A stretch of DNA of 64,000 nt, from assembly GCF_001194135.2 (NCBI RefSeq), contig NC_068997.1, positions 9,074,262 through 9,138,261 of the forward strand, given 5' to 3'. The translations under genes were made by a program, and so were the position numbers. Origin of the DNA: Octopus bimaculoides (taxonomy: Eukaryota). Positions 38,741-51,338 of the stretch are shown piece after piece (position 1 is the stretch's first letter; the number at the start of each line of letters is the position of its first letter). The notes under the pieces are model-generated. The model was not told where the DNA came from. It searched no databases and worked only from the letters and a program-made list of their open reading frames with translations.

Positions 38741-38898
38741 TAGGGGCGGACTGAGAGTATTAAGGGCCTTCAAGCATAACTGTTTACCAGGCCCCTTTGA
38801 ATGTGTGTTTTAGTAGAGTTAACATGTAGAGTGCGGGCCCCTCAGAGCTCTCGGCCCTCGGGCAGTGCCCAATTGAGCGCTGGCTCAGTCCACCCCTG
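38741..38898. mobile_element. hAT (Tip100-like) MITE
   Basis: TIR TAGGGGCGGACTGAG/CTCAGTCCACCCCTG; 8-bp TSD GTTGTACC at 38733-38740 and 38899-38906. Confidence 0.88.
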
Positions 38899-39202
38899 GT
38901 TGTACCAGTGTAGTGGTAGTGAACATTGATTATTAAATGTACAGTAGTATTAGTATAGTGGTAGCGAATATTGCTTACTAAATATACAGTAAACCAAGGT
39001 AGTGCCTGTGGAATTAGTTACCAAATAGATTGTAGTACCAGTGCAGTTGTGGATATTGCTAACTAAGCGTATGGTGGTACACACTATTGGTAGTAGACAT
39101 TGGTCATTGAATATATTATGGTACTAACATAGTGGTAGTGTATATGGTTACTAAATATATAGTGGTACCAGTGGGTGGACATTGGTTATTCAATATACAG
39201 CA

Positions 39203-39403
39203 GCAGCGAGCTGGCAGAAATGTTAGCACTCCGGGGCGAAATGCTTAGCAGTATTTCATCTGTCTTTACGTTCTGAGTTCGACTTTGCCTTTCATCCTTT
39301 TAGGGGTCGATAAATTAAGTACCAGTTGCATACTGGAGTCGATCTAATCGACTGCCCCCACCAACCCCAAAAAATTTCGGGCCTTGTGCCTAGAGTAGAA
39401 AAG
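39203..39403 (+). mobile_element. SINE family B copy with TSD
   Basis: 11-bp TSD AATATACAGCA at 39192-39202 and 39404-39414. Confidence 0.9.
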
Positions 39404-40415
39404 AATATACAGCAATATCTGTATGATAATGGTGGATATCGGTTACATGAAAAGTAGTTGAAAATGGTGGAAAGTTAAAGAATATAAGGAAGAACAGTAA
39501 GTAAAACAATTTAGTCTGTGAGTGAATTTGGTAGACAGAAACCTGTATCAAGGTACTTGGTGACCTTGTCAGTGATAGTGCTATGTGAAAAGCATTGGTG
39601 CTGGTGCTACATAAAAAGTATTCAGTACACTCTGTGAAGTGGTTGGTGTCAGGAAGGGTGTCTGGCTGTAGAAATCATATCAAAACACACAACGGAGCCT
39701 CATGTAGCTCAACCTTGCCAGCTCCTGTCAAACTACAACCCATGCTAGCATGGAAAACAGGCATTAAATGATGATTATGTGTGTGTCTGTGTGTCTGTGT
39801 TTGTCCACTCCTACCACTTGACAACTGGGGTTGGTTTGTTTACATCCCCATAACTTAGTGTTTCAGCAAAAAGCAACTGGTAAGATAAGTACAAGACATT
39901 AAAAAAATAAGCATTAGGGTTGATTTGTTTGATTAAATCCATCAAGGTGGTGCTCCAGCATGACAGCAGTCAAATGACTGAAACAAGTCAAAAATAAAAG
40001 GGTGTTTTATTCACAACTCAGAAAACAAGCTTTCTACACATCTTCATCATCATCATCATTTAACATCTGCTTTCCATGCTGGCATGGGTTAGATGGTTTG
40101 ACTGGAACTGGTAAGCCAGAGAGCTGCACCAAATTCCAGTCTGATTTGGCTCAGTTTCTACAGCTGGCATGATTGTCTTCATCAAAGTTCAAACATCTAT
40201 GACTGTTTAGCTGTAGGTCAGATCTGTAATCACAGGCCCTTCTAGCCATGACTGTCATCTTTTCTTCTGGAACAATGTACTCCTGACAACATTGTCCAAT
40301 CTCAAATTTTATTTAACAATAGGCTTGAGGGAGATTTGACTTTTATTTCTAGCAGGCCAAGTAACCAAGTAGAGACTTTTTCATTTTTCCCATGATGGTC
40401 TTTTTTATAGATTGA

Positions 40416-40740
40416 ACCGCCTGACTGGCCTTCGTAGGATTTTCGAGCGAGATCATTGCCAGTACCCCTGGACTGGCTCTTGTGCGGGTGGCACATAAAA
40501 GACACCATTTCGAGCGTGGCCGTTGCCAGTATCGCCTGACTGGCCTTCGTGCGGGTGACATGTAAAAGCACCTACTACACTCTCTGAGTGGTTGGCGTTA
40601 GGAAGGGCATCCAGCTGTAGAAACTCTGCCAAATTTAGATTGGAGCCTGGTGTTGCCATCCGGTTTCACCAGTCCTCAGTCAAATCGTCCAACCCATGCT
40701 AGCATGGAAAGCGGACGTTAAACGATGATGATGATGATGA
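40416..40740 (+). mobile_element. Young family A (RTE 3' UTR) copy
   Basis: Partial short B unit, A unit, long B unit, core, (GAT)n tail. Confidence 0.88.
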
Positions 40741-42065
40741 ACAGATCTACTGTACATCACCACTGTTTGCAACAGAGGCAATATCATATCATTAATATAA
40801 TTATGAAAGATATCTTCTAATCAGTATAGAACAACTTCTAATCACTCAAATAACCTCTGGGCTTTTCAATCCAATTGTTAAATTAACTAGAAAAGAAAAC
40901 AGAAATATATATATATTTGTTTTTAAATTTGGCATATTTTTAATTAGTTATCTTATATGATTGTCAAGTTTATAATTAGATTTATATAATTCAGCTAGTT
41001 AGGATAAGTCAGGTGGTAGGTACAGCATGATGTTTGAGACTAATACTTTTTCACTGATGATGTGCATGCTTTAGAAGTATTTCTGTGTGATATTGCAATA
41101 CCTGCAGCCATGCAATCTAAATTACTGCAAACAGAAAGGACAATCCTCTGTATCATTCATGTTCACCTGTGTGTAACTTGCAGGTATGCCCTGACACATC
41201 TTTATTACCACCGTCTCTTTTTTGCAACAAGGGTAGTCATGTATATCCTCTACAGAAAGCCATCTGTTCTTGGTATAAAGCTACGTCTGTCAATACTACC
41301 CCCACCTCTATAGTTGAGGGGTCTTGCCTTGCAGGTTACTTGGTGACCTTACTATTGCTGGTGCCATGTAAAATGCACCCAGTACACTCTAAAGTGGTTG
41401 GTATCAGCAAGGACATCCAGTTGTAAAAACGAGGCCAAAGTAGACATTGGGAGCTAAGTGCTGTCCTCTGGCCTGCTGGCTTCTGTCCAATCCATGCCAG
41501 CATAGAAAATGGATGTTAAATGGGAATGATGGTGTGGTTATAGCATTGAGTTTACTTCAGTTATTGTTATTGGTTTTAATTAGCCTTAGTAAGTTCTTTC
41601 CCATATGGCAGTGGTATTCTCTTGAAAATTTATAAAAGATGACATAGAATATTGTGAATTTGATAGTGCAGGCTCCTCTGTTTCTCATATTTTCAATATA
41701 TTTTGTATGAACCAGTGAGGGAGTGTCTATGTGGTTGCTCAAACAGCTAGAGATAGAAGCCAAATCTACCCCAATATCACTCTTACAGTCTTGAAAAGCA
41801 GGGACACAATGGATACAAGGGTCCTGACAGGCTGCAGCATCATTGATCATAAGCCTGCTTGATTAGTGCTGACCTGTGGCTAAACATTATTATTCTACAA
41901 TCAAATTACCAAGGCTGGTCTCTTGCAATGGATTACAAGGTTGGTAAACACTATTACTCTAAGTAAACCCAGTCTGTTAGACATTATAGAAACTACTGAC
42001 CACAGGTAAGTTCTTGGGCATGAAGCTGGCAGTGTTGTTAATTTAAACGACGACGATATATATGT

Positions 42066-42494
42066 GCTGTGCATGAGAAGACCCGGCAAGCCAAGTGAGA
42101 TCGTTGCCAGTGCCCCTGGACTGGCTCTTGTGCGGGTGGCACATAAGATGCACCATTTTGAGCTTGACCGTTGCCAGTGCCGCCTGATTGGCCTTCGTAG
42201 GGTTTTCGAGCGAGATCATTGCCAGTGCCCCTGGACTGGCTTTTGTGCGGGTGGCACATAAAAGACACCATTTCGAGCGTGGCTGTTGCCAGTACCGCCT
42301 GACTGGCCTTCGTGCGGGTGACACGTAAAAGCACCCACTACACTCTCTGAGTGGTTGGCGTTAGGAAGGGAATCCAGCTGTAGAAACTCTGCCAAATTAG
42401 ATTGGAGCCTGGTGTTGCCATCCGGTTTCACCAGTCCTCAGTCAAATCGTCCAACCCATGCTAGCATGGAAAGCGGACGTTAAACGATGATGAT
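42066..42494 (+). mobile_element. Family A copy retaining the RTE ORF2 stop: AVHEKTRQAK* + unit array + core + tail
   Basis: Codons 42066-42098 match the RTE C-termini at 12930, 47700 and 52960; ttgccag recurs at 42104, 42171, 42219 and 42286. Confidence 0.88.
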
Positions 42495-44195
42495 GGCAGA
42501 AATAGTAAACTGTTGAACAAAATCATCATCATCACTATTTAATGTTTATTTTCCATGCCGGTATGGATTGGCTGGTTTGACAGGGTCTGATAACTCACAG
42601 GGCTACACCAAGCGCCAGTGTCAGATTTAACATGTTTTTTTTTTATGACTGGATGCCCTTAATGACTGTACAGAGTGTACTGGATGCATTTTTTTTGGAA
42701 TTACCTGCACTAGTGAGACTGCCACATAATTTGCAAAACAGAAGAACAAGGAAAAAATAAAGAGCAGTTCCTGCTTCTACGTATGTGTTTGTGAGCTTTA
42801 TACCAAGTGTTCAAGGCAAGTATGATAGAAGGACAAATATAAGGATTTGAAATCCACGGGGAATTGAAATTAAAATGTAGAGCTGGCATTGATACAATAA
42901 AGTACTACTTAGAAAATGAGATCAGTTTTAATTGACTATATCTTACCCACAAATCTGAGGGCTTGTGGTTTCATTTGAAATCAATATTAGTTAATATATT
43001 AAAACTGAAAATGCAGTAAGACTAAGGGAGAGATGGGAAGTATATGATCTACTTAAATCCAGCAAGCAAACTGGTTGACTGGATATTAAAAAATTACCAG
43101 AAGTTAGTTTATTTCTTCAACAGAAAACTGAGGAAAGATGAGGATAACAACTAAAACATCATCCTAGATTGATGTTGGGTTGTCACCAGGTAAAACTGAT
43201 CTTTGGTTACAGATAGAATAATATTGAGAAATGAGATGTTAGTATTACATTACAATTTATGTCAATGGAAAGTGAAATATGGCTATTGATTAGATATCCA
43301 TTTTGTAATGATGGATTAGCTTTTTGGATAAGATTCTTATACTTAGGATAAAATTCTTGTTTTGAAACAAACCCTTTTATCATCATCATCATCATCATCA
43401 TTTTAACATTCACTTTTCCATGCTCACGTAGGTCAGGTGTAATTAGTTGAGGCAGATTTTGCCTGGCTAGATGCCCTTCCTGCCACCAAGAAAGGTTATG
43501 TTTCTCTGTGACCAGACATGTTTTCAAATGAAGGACACCACTTGCATGACGGTGACACTTGTTTACAACTATTACACAGTGTCAAGACAAAGAGACAGTA
43601 ACACGCACTCACATACAATGACTGGCTTCTTTCAGTCTCCATCTACCAAATCCACTCAGAAGGCTTTGGTTGGCCCAGAACTATAGTAGAAGACACTTGG
43701 TGAAGGTGCTATGTAGTGGCATTGAACCCAGAATCATGTGGTTGGGAAGCAAACTTATCATACAGCCACATTGTTAACTTTTGGTCAGTCCTGACCAAAG
43801 ATGTTCCAAACACGAGTCCACCATTTTCCTTTTCAAACTGTATCTAGGGTTACACTATCCATTATAAGGTGTTATTTGGAGAAGATTTGGTTGCTATTTC
43901 CAGCAAGTCAGGTGACAGCATTAGACTGGTTTCCTAATTGGTTTTACTTGATTTGTTTCCTCCAAGTAAAGGTGTGTGGCCTAGTGGTTAGAGTGTTGCA
44001 CCCAAATCACAAGATCATGGTTTCAATTCCCAGATTGGGCAGTGTGTTGTTTTCTTAAGCAAAACGCTTCATCACACGTTGCTTTGCAATTACTTCAACA
44101 TCTGACATGTGGCACACCATGCACCTGTACAGGAACTGTTGATTTGATGGAGGGAGCGAGCTAATGTATAGCACAAACATTTGATCACTATAAAC

Positions 44196-44679
44196 CAGGG
44201 GTGGGGAAACGCCCGCCTTCGAGCATAATTGCGCCTGCAGGCCAATATACTAGTATGTACAAAATAAGTAGATTTTTCAATTAAAAAATCTATATAATAT
44301 TCGTCTGCCTATTTGCGACACAGGTCATGCTTCCACTATGACTTAGAGCGTTTAGATTCAAACAGAAAATCGTTCAGTAATTTCCATTTAAATATATAAA
44401 ACATATATTGCTAGGTTTGTACCACCCCCTTGAGACCCAACTACACTCTAGCTGAAAGAAATAGAATACCGCATAGGTAATATAAACATCCTAAATTCAG
44501 TGGTGGCATTAATGAAGATGTTATGCATTAATTTAATGTCTTAAACTTATCTTTTATTAATGTATATTGAATTATATATAGATATATACAAGATTTACAC
44601 AGATAGAAGAGTTAGAACCTGTGATCCGCCCGCAAATCTTTTTCTTTTCCCGCTGCACTAAAAAGTTTCCCCACCCCTG
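44196..44679. mobile_element. hAT MITE nested in a SINE family D-related element (about 43975-44740)
   Basis: Perfect 15-bp TIR CAGGGGTGGGGAAAC/GTTTCCCCACCCCTG; perfect TSD CTATAAAC at 44188-44195 and 44680-44687. Confidence 0.92.
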
Positions 44680-46093
44680 CTATAAACAAATCATCTTTGT
44701 AGGTTGTTCAGCAAAAGTTGTCTTTCTCAGACTGCCAGAGACCACCAATATTATTATGCCAGAAAAGTGCTTGTGAGTGGATTCGGTAGATGGAAACTGA
44801 AAGAAGCCCATGCTGGTTGGTGCCTGTATGTGTCACTTTGTCTTGACATCACATGATAATTGTGAATGTATGTCACTGTCATACAAGCTGTGTTGTTTAT
44901 TTACAGTATTTTGCCAAAATATGTCTGGTATTGAGGAGATATCACCTTGCTTGGAAACAGGTGAAGGTTGGCAGCAGTAAGGGCCTCTGGCCATAGAAAA
45001 CCTGCCCCAAACTCTGTCTGACCCATGCAGTCTTTGAAAAGTAGATGTTAAAAGGATGGTGATATATTTTCTTTTCATGAGTTAGAGAACAAGGGTACAT
45101 ACTCCCAGATAGGTTGGCTGTGACAAGTGTCCAGTCAAAACAAATGTAAGTCAATCTGCAGCAAAACTTGAATGAGGGTGAGGAATGGGAGGCTTTAGTT
45201 CTTGCAAAGGAAAAAAACTTTACTGAAGGCACTCAAGGTGATGGTGTTGGACCAGGTAGTGTGCTAGGCCTACTATCAAGTTAAGTATTTGATTATTAAA
45301 TGAATTACTTTCTTGAAGTAATTCAAAACTTTATTTGTTGCAGAAAATAAAATGGTTGTGAGGTTAACCCTTTTGTTACCACATTTCTATTGAAATAACA
45401 CTGCCTTTGTTTCAATTAATATTAAATTAATTTTGAAAATAATGAAAAATTTTGCAAAATCACTTAGTTGCTATTAAGCTGGTCTTTGGAACATAAATTA
45501 ACATGAAACTTTGAAGGAAGGCTTTAATTTAGATCACTTTAAAATGGGAAGTTTGCATAATGGAATGAAAGGCAGGTTGGTATCAAAATGGTGAAGGTGT
45601 TGGATTCTAATCAGGTCATATTACAACCATTGAAACCATATTGTAATGTATTACTGAGAAAGGTAACAGCAGACCTGCTGCTTTGATGGTTGAATAAGGA
45701 AAGGACATCCATCTGTGAGAGCTGACAAAGCAATTTCTTAAATAAAACAATTAACCGACCCTTGCAAGTATGGAAAAATAGTTGTAAAAAGATGTGTGAC
45801 ATTTATAGCTTTCTTTCAGAGAGTTACAAAAGTGATGTTCAATCCTTACAATCAACTCTTGTAACAGACTTTTGTCACATGGAGCTATATGTGCGAGTAA
45901 AGCTCACAATCATAATGCCTTGTATGGCACCATGGGCTTCTTTTTCTATCTTAGCCTCAGATTGACCCAAGCTTTGGGAGTGAAAATGGCTTAATAGAAA
46001 CTGTATAAAATTCTATCAGAAGATGTATGCTTCAAATTCAAGGGACTAGCATTGTCCCATAAATTATCATACTGATTCTGCTTGAGTATTACT

Positions 46094-46272
46094 TTAACCC
46101 TTTACCATGTCAAATGTAATATTCAAATGGTTTTGAATGAATCATGCATAATCTTATAGTTTTGAGATTTCAATGTAGTGATTGTTTACATGGTAGAATA
46201 GGTGTGAGAGGCCAGATCTGACCAGTTTGAACATGGAACATATCTTGGCCAGTTTAAATGCTAAAGGGTTAA
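46094..46272 (-). mobile_element. TTAA-flanked MITE family P1
   Basis: ttaaccctttac...ctaaagggttaa (11/12 inverted match). Confidence 0.75.
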
Positions 46273-46416
46273 GGATACAACTTTCACTAGAAATACTAAA
46301 CCACTCTGCAATAACCATTCTTAAAACTTGAAGTTCAGGCCTGTACATGTTTCTGTAATCATTTTGTTCATAGCTGAATTCAAATTTGTTATTTGTTATT
46401 CTATTCTCAGGGAGGA

Positions 46417-46512
46417 ATGAATGAAAACAATGTTGATATCGGCATTGCTGCTACCACTTTAAAGCCAACACCAGAAGAAATCACTGTCAGTGTTCCAGAA
46501 AATGTGACAGCA
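46417..46512 (+). CDS. BANP: BANP first coding exon (exon starts 46411, ATG 46417)
   Basis: Acceptor TTCTCAG|GGAGGAATG; MNENNVDIGIAATTLKPTPEEITVSVPENVTA; donor GCA|GTAAGA, phase 0 compatible with next exon. No recognisable homology, so support is splice signals and phase only. Confidence 0.6.
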
Positions 46513-47099
46513 GTAAGAAATATTTCAATCTCTTATTCTAAATACATTGAAAATTTTCAAAAAATACCTGATTGATGTCTGTTCTCTCGATCTGTAAAGC
46601 AAAGCAAAACAGAAGAGTTTGTTCATGAAATATTTAGCTACAACATCTTAAGTGCATTTCATTAACAAAAAAAAAAAAACCCAGTTATATAAGGGAAAAC
46701 CTTAGTAGCTGATTGCATTGGCAACTTTTCAAACATTGTGTAACTCCCATTAGTAATCTTTAGTGTTTATACAGAATTGTGAACAGTATTATGCAGAGTT
46801 ATGCAATCTCTGAGGATTTGACTGTGCAATAACTTTCAAAGAGTTATATAATTGGTAATTTCCATTGTCAATGAAATATGCATAAGATGACATAAATATT
46901 TGTTTTACTTTCTGTATGTACTCTGACCTATTTGCTGATCAATCCAACCTTTGGTCATGCAGGAATACACATGGAGTTTTAAATACTAATTATTTGCCAT
47001 GCAATTGAAATTTAAACTGCATTATTTATACTTGTGTGGATGTGTGTAACACTTCTTTTTTTAATTCCTTTTACCCTCCTGTCATCTTAACCTTGATGA

Positions 47100-47745
47100 G
47101 AGATTCTATTAGGCTAACAGAGAAAGTAGCCTTTGTATGCAGCAGATGTACTAGAGGAATAAACACTAAGAACACACAAGAGATAGATTCTCTCCAATGG
47201 CCCAGGAGTAGATAATTTGTGTTACTTAGGTTACCTACTCAGCAGTGGAGGAGGATGTCTGAGAGTATAGTTGCTAGAATAAGAATAAGATAGAAAAAGT
47301 TCAGGGTAATAAATGGTCTCATTCTCAGACTGAAAAGCAAACTGTATGATTCTTGTGTACAAACAGCAATGCTACATGGTTGTAAGATGTAGGCCCTGGA
47401 TGCAGAGAACATGCAAAAATTAGAAAGAAATGAAGCTAGTTTGCTCTGGTAAATGTGCAACATTGGTGTGCATATACCAGTGCAAATGTGTTGAGAGAAA
47501 GAGCATAAAGTGCATTTGATGTTGTGTGCAAGAAATAAAACTGCACAGGTGTGGTTCTATGATGTGTATGGATGATGACAGCTGTATAAATAAGTACCAA
47601 GTGGATGGAACTTGTGGAAGAGGAAGACATGATGAAGTTGTGAAGTCTGATCTCAAGATGTTCAGTCTCATGGTGGAGATAACAAAGGACCGAAATGAGT
47701 GGAATTTCACTGTGCTCAATAAGACCCATCTGTCATGGTGAAAAT
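47100..47745 (+). mobile_element. RTE LINE ORF2 C-terminal third, decayed
   Basis: VDNLCYLG..LSSGGG / LYDSCVQTAMLHG / LERNEAS / VDGTCGRGR.DEVVKSDLKM...DRNEWNFTVLNKTHLSW*. Confidence 0.85.
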
Positions 47746-48741
47746 GCAGTTTTAAAAGCATTATGTTTATGTCTATGCACTCACCAGACCCTGCTCCTAC
47801 ACCCAATCTGGTCCCCCATCACTCTACTAACAATGGCACTATTCAGCTGCTGTAATCGTATGGCAGGAGATTCTGCAAATATTTCTTCTCCTTTGTGCTA
47901 CTAGTTACCTCTCTGGAGCCAATTCCATTTAAAATCTACATTTCATTCTCTGTGTCATCTCTTTCCATTTTTTTTCCTATTAAGTTAGGGTCCCAGTCTG
48001 AGGATGACCTATTAGTCGTATTTCTTTTCTCCCTCATTCTTTCCCCATTAATTTTGGAAGTTCTGATAAAACTATGGAAAAGAAATGCATACTGGAGATT
48101 GTCTTTTGTTACTCCTTTTTTTTTTTAATGTAGTCAAGACTGGAGAAACTAAGACCTAGTTTGAATGCTTGAAGTAGTGTAGGCTGTCAAAGACACACAA
48201 AAGCTATGTGATGGTGTTATAGAAAAGATTACCACATTGTAAACTTATATTGCTCAAGCTACTGTTTCACTACAACTATTACAACAACTCCTTCCAGCAA
48301 TAATATGTCATCTTGGTAACAAATACAGTTTACTATTTCTAGTCAGCCATCTGATCTATTCTTGTTTTTCATTTTATGAGTATAGCTTCTGCTATCTACC
48401 GTGTATCTATCACATATGAAGTTCTTGGGCAGTGTGGCAGAGATCTTGTTGCATTATTTATGTACATATTGTTTGCACTGAGTGCACAATATTGAGTTCC
48501 TACATCACAAGCAAAAGTACTTCCCAGATGACATCAGGATTCTGTACTTTTGGTTACTAATTAGTTCTTTAATTTTCAACTGTTTATGCTCTAGACCATT
48601 TCTACAGGTTTGAAGATTTTTCTACAGTGCTTTAACAAATTCTTGTTTGAGAATTAGGTCATTGGTATACAAAAGTTACCAAGGGCAACCTATTTCAATT
48701 ATTAGAGGGCTAAGGACAGAGGCCTGTTAAGGACCTAGCTC

Positions 48742-48908
48742 TGCTAGCATAGCTGGGGGTGGGAGCAGTACGGGCAGCACTTTTAAAGGGGCAGTACTTT
48801 TCATCCTGTTGTAGGCTGTTGCTGTAGGCAATATGTGTTTTTTGTGGGGTCTGGGGGCAGCAAACGGAAGGGCTGCCCCAGGTGGCACACACTCCAGCTA
48901 TGCTAGTG
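48742..48908. mobile_element. hAT-like MITE
   Basis: 13-bp inverted core CTAGCATAGCTGG/CCAGCTATGCTAG; 8-bp TSD cctagctc (48734-48741) / tctagctc (48909-48916). Confidence 0.75.
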
Positions 48909-49570
48909 TCTAGCTCTCCATTAAATACTTCTAAACTCTGACGATCCTGATCGTTGTGTGAATTGTACCCTCTTATATAGTCTGAACATCCCGCAAACCA
49001 TTTAACTACTCCTTTATCAACAAAAGCAAAATCATTTGTTGTTTGATATATTTGCAGAGCCAGTCAAATAAACCAGTATTTGCATCATAGCTAGGCATTC
49101 TTGCCTCAATCTACCATGTCAAATAAATACAAGCTAACAAAGGAGCTGTTATCTGATTGCTCAGCATACTAAAAATAGCAACCAGTTTTGCCTTATCGTA
49201 TCTTACTGTTTTAAAAGATAATAGTCTTATATGCTCCTAAAAACATCGGATGATCATGGCTGGAATGTCTTTTATAATAGACGTTTCTCAATTTTTTAGT
49301 TTTTATATCTAACTAGATCATTCTGTTATTTTGTTTAATAATGTTATAACCTTTATCTGAAGTTTAGTTTAATTAAACATTCCATTTAGGTTAGTGTACA
49401 TTCAGATCTGTAACCACGTGCAGTAAAAGATATGAATATTATTTATAAAAAAAAGAATGTAGTTCTGTCATGTCTTTTACTGTATTAAGAATTATAGTAA
49501 AATATTCTTCTACCATATAAATCATATAAAAAACATTGGTGTAATCTTGTAATCTTCTCTATCATCTCAG

Positions 49571-49793
49571 ATAGTCATGAATGAAGTTGGTGATCCTACA
49601 GTGGCTTTGACAGGCTCTACAAATGTAGCAGTCGATGGTGAAGACACTGTCACAACTACTGTTGCTGAAGGGTTAACTGTATCAAATTCAGTTATTAATG
49701 TCGAAACACCAATAGCAAAACCACCACCTCGGGTTGTAAATACAGCACATTTAATGACACACATTGTCAATCCAGATTTGAGTGATGACTCAG
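49571..49793 (+). CDS. BANP: BANP coding exon 2 (low-complexity N-terminus)
   Basis: Acceptor TCTCAG|; IVMNEVGDPTVALTGS...IVNPDLSDDS; donor G|GTAAGC; 223 nt, phase 0 to 1. Confidence 0.75.
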
Positions 49794-51240
49794 GTAAGCT
49801 AAATTTTATCATTTTTTTGTTGTTGTCTTTGTTACCTACCATTTTACCTTGTCTTATTTGCCCAATTAAAAATTTATTTGATTTCTATCTTGTCACTTGT
49901 ATGATTTGGGAGTGTCAGCTCAGACTGTTTGGTCATGTTGTTTGATTTTTTCCAAGTTAGACCCTTCGTATTGTGTTCTGTTCTCTGAGGATCTGACTCA
50001 TGTTGGTCAGCCACATGCCACATGGTTGCAGTGGATGAGGAAGTATCTCACAGAGATGAGGACTGAATGGAACATTGCTTGGATGGTTGCCCAGAATGAC
50101 CTAAGCAAATACTGAAAAATAGTGGATGCAGCAGTGCCTTCAATCCATTAATAGGCAATACTTGCCAATTAATGCATCATTAAAATTTGTTTGTCTTTTG
50201 TATTCTTTTGAGTTGGTTTGCATCAATGATGTTATTTTTATAATAAGATGTTCTACTTCATGCAAGCCAAAAATGATAAAAGTCCAGACTTGAACCATTA
50301 TGAGTCAGCCAATGGGAAAATCTTTTCTGTTAGAAATACAGGCTAAAATAACTGGGCAGAAGATTGGTTGAATTATTAGAGTCTTGGACAAAATGTACCT
50401 TGCAATATCTTTTCAGCTTTTTACATTTTGAGTTTAAATCCCATCATGGTTGACTGCCTTTCATTCCTACAGGTTTGATAAAATAAAATACTGGGGACTA
50501 ATGTTATTTACTGTCCTCCTCTTCTCAAAATTGCTGGCATCATGGCCAAAATCAATTTTACCTTTCATTTGTCTGGGTCAATAAAATAAAATACTGTTTA
50601 AGCCCTGGGGGTTGATGATATTCACCCATCTGCTCAAAATTGTTGGCTTTGTACCTAAATTATCAACCAAAGGTGAGAAGCTGGCAGAATTGCTAGCATG
50701 CCAGACAAAATTCTTTTGGTTTTATGTTAAGAGTTGAAATTCCGCTGAGGTTGACTTTGTGTTTCATTCTTTTGGGGGTACCTGTTGAGTACTGGGGTTG
50801 ACGTAATCCACTAGTGCTCTCCACCAACATTTTAGACTTTGTGCATAGAGTAGAAATAATTATTATTATTATCAGTGGAATATAGGATTTATCCAGTTAT
50901 TAGCTAAGTTCACTTTGAAGTTCATCCCTTCATCTAGCTTTAGTTGAGAAGGTAGATGATGAAAGAGGTTGTGTGGTTGACACAACTGGAAGGACTAAAT
51001 ATAGTCTCTATTCTCTTTGGCCAAGCTCTCACCAAATTCTTCATTTTCACTTGAAGAGGAAAGTACTGTCATACAGTAAATATGTTGAAAGGTGGGGAGG
51101 AATGGTGAACATGGCTCCAATGAACGAGCATACTCTAAAATAGGTAACTGTAGATTGGGAGATGACATCTGAGAGAAGGCACTCATTCTTGCTGATTAGG
51201 ATAATCCAGGTTTATTTTTAATCTACATACACGATTGCAG

Positions 51241-51338
51241 TTTTTTCTGGAGATGAGGATTCCTGTGATGGGGAGCCAGCAGAGAAGCGGATGAAGTTAG
51301 AACAAGATATCAATATTGATATGGACCAATCGTTAAAG
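51241..51338 (+). CDS. BANP: BANP coding exon 3 (NLS-like EPAEKRMKLE)
   Basis: Acceptor TTGCAG|; (V)FSGDEDSCDGEPAEKRMKLEQDINIDMDQSLK matches human DEDEPALKRQRLEINCQDPSIK; donor AAG|GTAAAA; 98 nt. Confidence 0.85.

Larger units (their letters stand above)
38630..39460. repeat. Degenerate ~46-bp minisatellite interrupted by a hAT MITE and a SINE
   Basis: Recurrent tagtggtagtggatattggttactaaatatacagtagtaccag-like units. Confidence 0.75.

Noticed and set aside
42100-42330. Repeat/spacer appearance of the ttgccagt...actggc units
   Set aside because: The intervening sequences are themselves repeated and shared among genomic copies; this is a retrotransposon 3' UTR array, not CRISPR.
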